From NCBI GenBank assembly GCA_965223845.1, contig CBDCXR010000004.1, forward strand, positions 1,216,001-1,280,000: 64,000 nt of DNA. Direction: 5' to 3'. Of the stretch, positions 63,801 through 64,000 are shown in pieces. How positions within the stretch are numbered: position 1 is the first letter of the stretch; every line of letters starts with the position of its first letter. Below the pieces are notes generated by a model. That model did not search any database. It was given only the letters and a program-made list of their open reading frames with translations, and was not told the DNA's origin. Source of the stretch: Planctomycetota bacterium. GTDB taxonomy: Bacteria > Planctomycetota > UBA8108 > SXIK01. The translations under genes and the position numbers were made by a program.

Positions 63801-64000
63801 TCGTCTGGGATGACATCCGGCAAGCGGCGAGAGAAGTTCTGCCGCCGCCGGCAGCGAGCGGGAAGGACCCGCTCCCGCCGATTGCCGAGCTCGCAAAACG
63901 CTCGGGCGATGCGGCGCGAGGTCGAGCGGTGTTCGTCGAGCACTGTGCGTCTTGCCACCGCGCCGGCGACGCGGGCGTCGACTTCGGACCGGGACTCTCC
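60821..64000 (+). CDS. PVC-type membrane-bound dehydrogenase / heme-binding protein with N-terminal NPCBM-like domain, 3'-truncated (not in ORF track)
   Basis: Manual translation from ATG 60821 (GAGGAG upstream): signal peptide, NPCBM motifs, EPMVVNPTNLDIDSRGRVWV, HNFRNNYE, WFRPADV. In-frame HCASCH at 63941. Confidence 0.9.
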   Translation, partial: MHRSRSGTDLCGVVTTALVAIAVGIGSDSYVQARDKAKPVFASKVMSSGLVEVDVPLAGAKGLWLVVSDGGDGYGCDWADWIEPRFIGEDGEETRLTGLRWKSARAGWGQVRKNKNAGGGALRVGDLAVEDGIGTHAPSVIHFEIPAGAKRFRARAGLDRGGTDQSCGATVRFLVFTQPPPERVGRRAGAAGALEPAEAAETLEPANGLETVLYAHEPMVVNPTNLDIDSRGRVWVTEGVNYRRWRNLKPEGDRIVILDDTDGDGRADHSKVFYQGRDIDSALGICVLGERIFVSRSPHVFVFTDHDGDDRPDEKKVLFSGIGGEQHDHGAHAFVFGPDGRLYFNFGNSGTRLLDGAGATVVDRAGNPILANGKPYRQGMVFRCALDGSNVETLGHNFRNNYEVAIDSFGTLWQSDNDDDGNRGVRINYVMEYGNFGYREERTGAGWNAKRTNIEPDTPSRHWHQNDPGVVPNLLQTGSGSPTGICVYEGDLLPAVYRGQMIHCEPGHNVVRAYPVVRSGAGYAANIADVVSSRDKWFRPADVCVAADGSLFVVDWYDAGVGGHNMADNEPGTMRGRIYRVAPSGHRRVRPPVELDSIDGALAALSSPNHARRFLGYRSLYEKGESAKPALRRLWGGTNRRLRARALYLLARLEGPGTRMIDAALASADADLQVAAIRVARAIGAELLPILELASTSSSAALRREAAIALRHDNSARAPEIWARLAARHEAGDRWSVEALGIGAARRESEFLAAWLAKVGDGWKLPAGREIVWRSRAPEALPLLAELILDPTGSDGDRLRFLRALDFHASVPDEIYVALLGSSDDRVVELAAARLKGFDPAKNDEHAKLVRTLAEKSQGTARIIGLARKFDLRDRAGDVVEALARYGATAAGGSGARWLLEIGEAERLKTAAGEGDDAAAIGVIQALGSAADPRAVGLLAFVVTDEERSAAVLGQAARALVRSKNGASALLRQARYDRVPEAIRPLAGWLLSNVVWDDIRQAAREVLPPPAASGKDPLPPIAELAKRSGDAARGRAVFVEHCASCHRAGDAGVDFGPGLS

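Overview
High-GC (roughly two-thirds G+C by eye), gene-dense bacterial chromosomal segment, almost certainly Planctomycetota. The lineage call rests on two DUF1501 + DUF1549/DUF1553 cytochrome modules, two PVC-type heme-binding dehydrogenases, a PQQ/BamB-like propeller and a planctomycete-type dockerin-like tail. I call about 42 CDS. Housekeeping and metabolic genes: glcDEF, xth, ahcY with an ArsR-methyltransferase (SahR-like) regulator, mnmA, an AspC/TyrB aminotransferase, rnd, ferritin, a sulfatase and two Na+/solute symporters. I saw no rRNA, tRNA, CRISPR, integrase or transposase. Best leads: (1) a 2061-aa secreted protein of ~54 tandem thrombospondin type-3 Ca2+-binding repeats ending in a dockerin-like module; (2) a Tat-exported 'hypothetical' with a 4-His + HxxK pattern resembling questin-oxidase/BTG13-type iron oxygenases; (3) the uncharacterised DUF1501/DUF1549-1553 systems, one with a cytochrome-WD40-PPC fusion; (4) a palindromic operator over the sahR-ahcY promoter; (5) intergenic palindromes with ~9-nt periodicity; (6) a circularly permuted NPCBM domain. 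Two genes absent from the ORF track were recovered (33883..34032 and 60821..>64000). All calls come from manual motif reading; no database searches were run.
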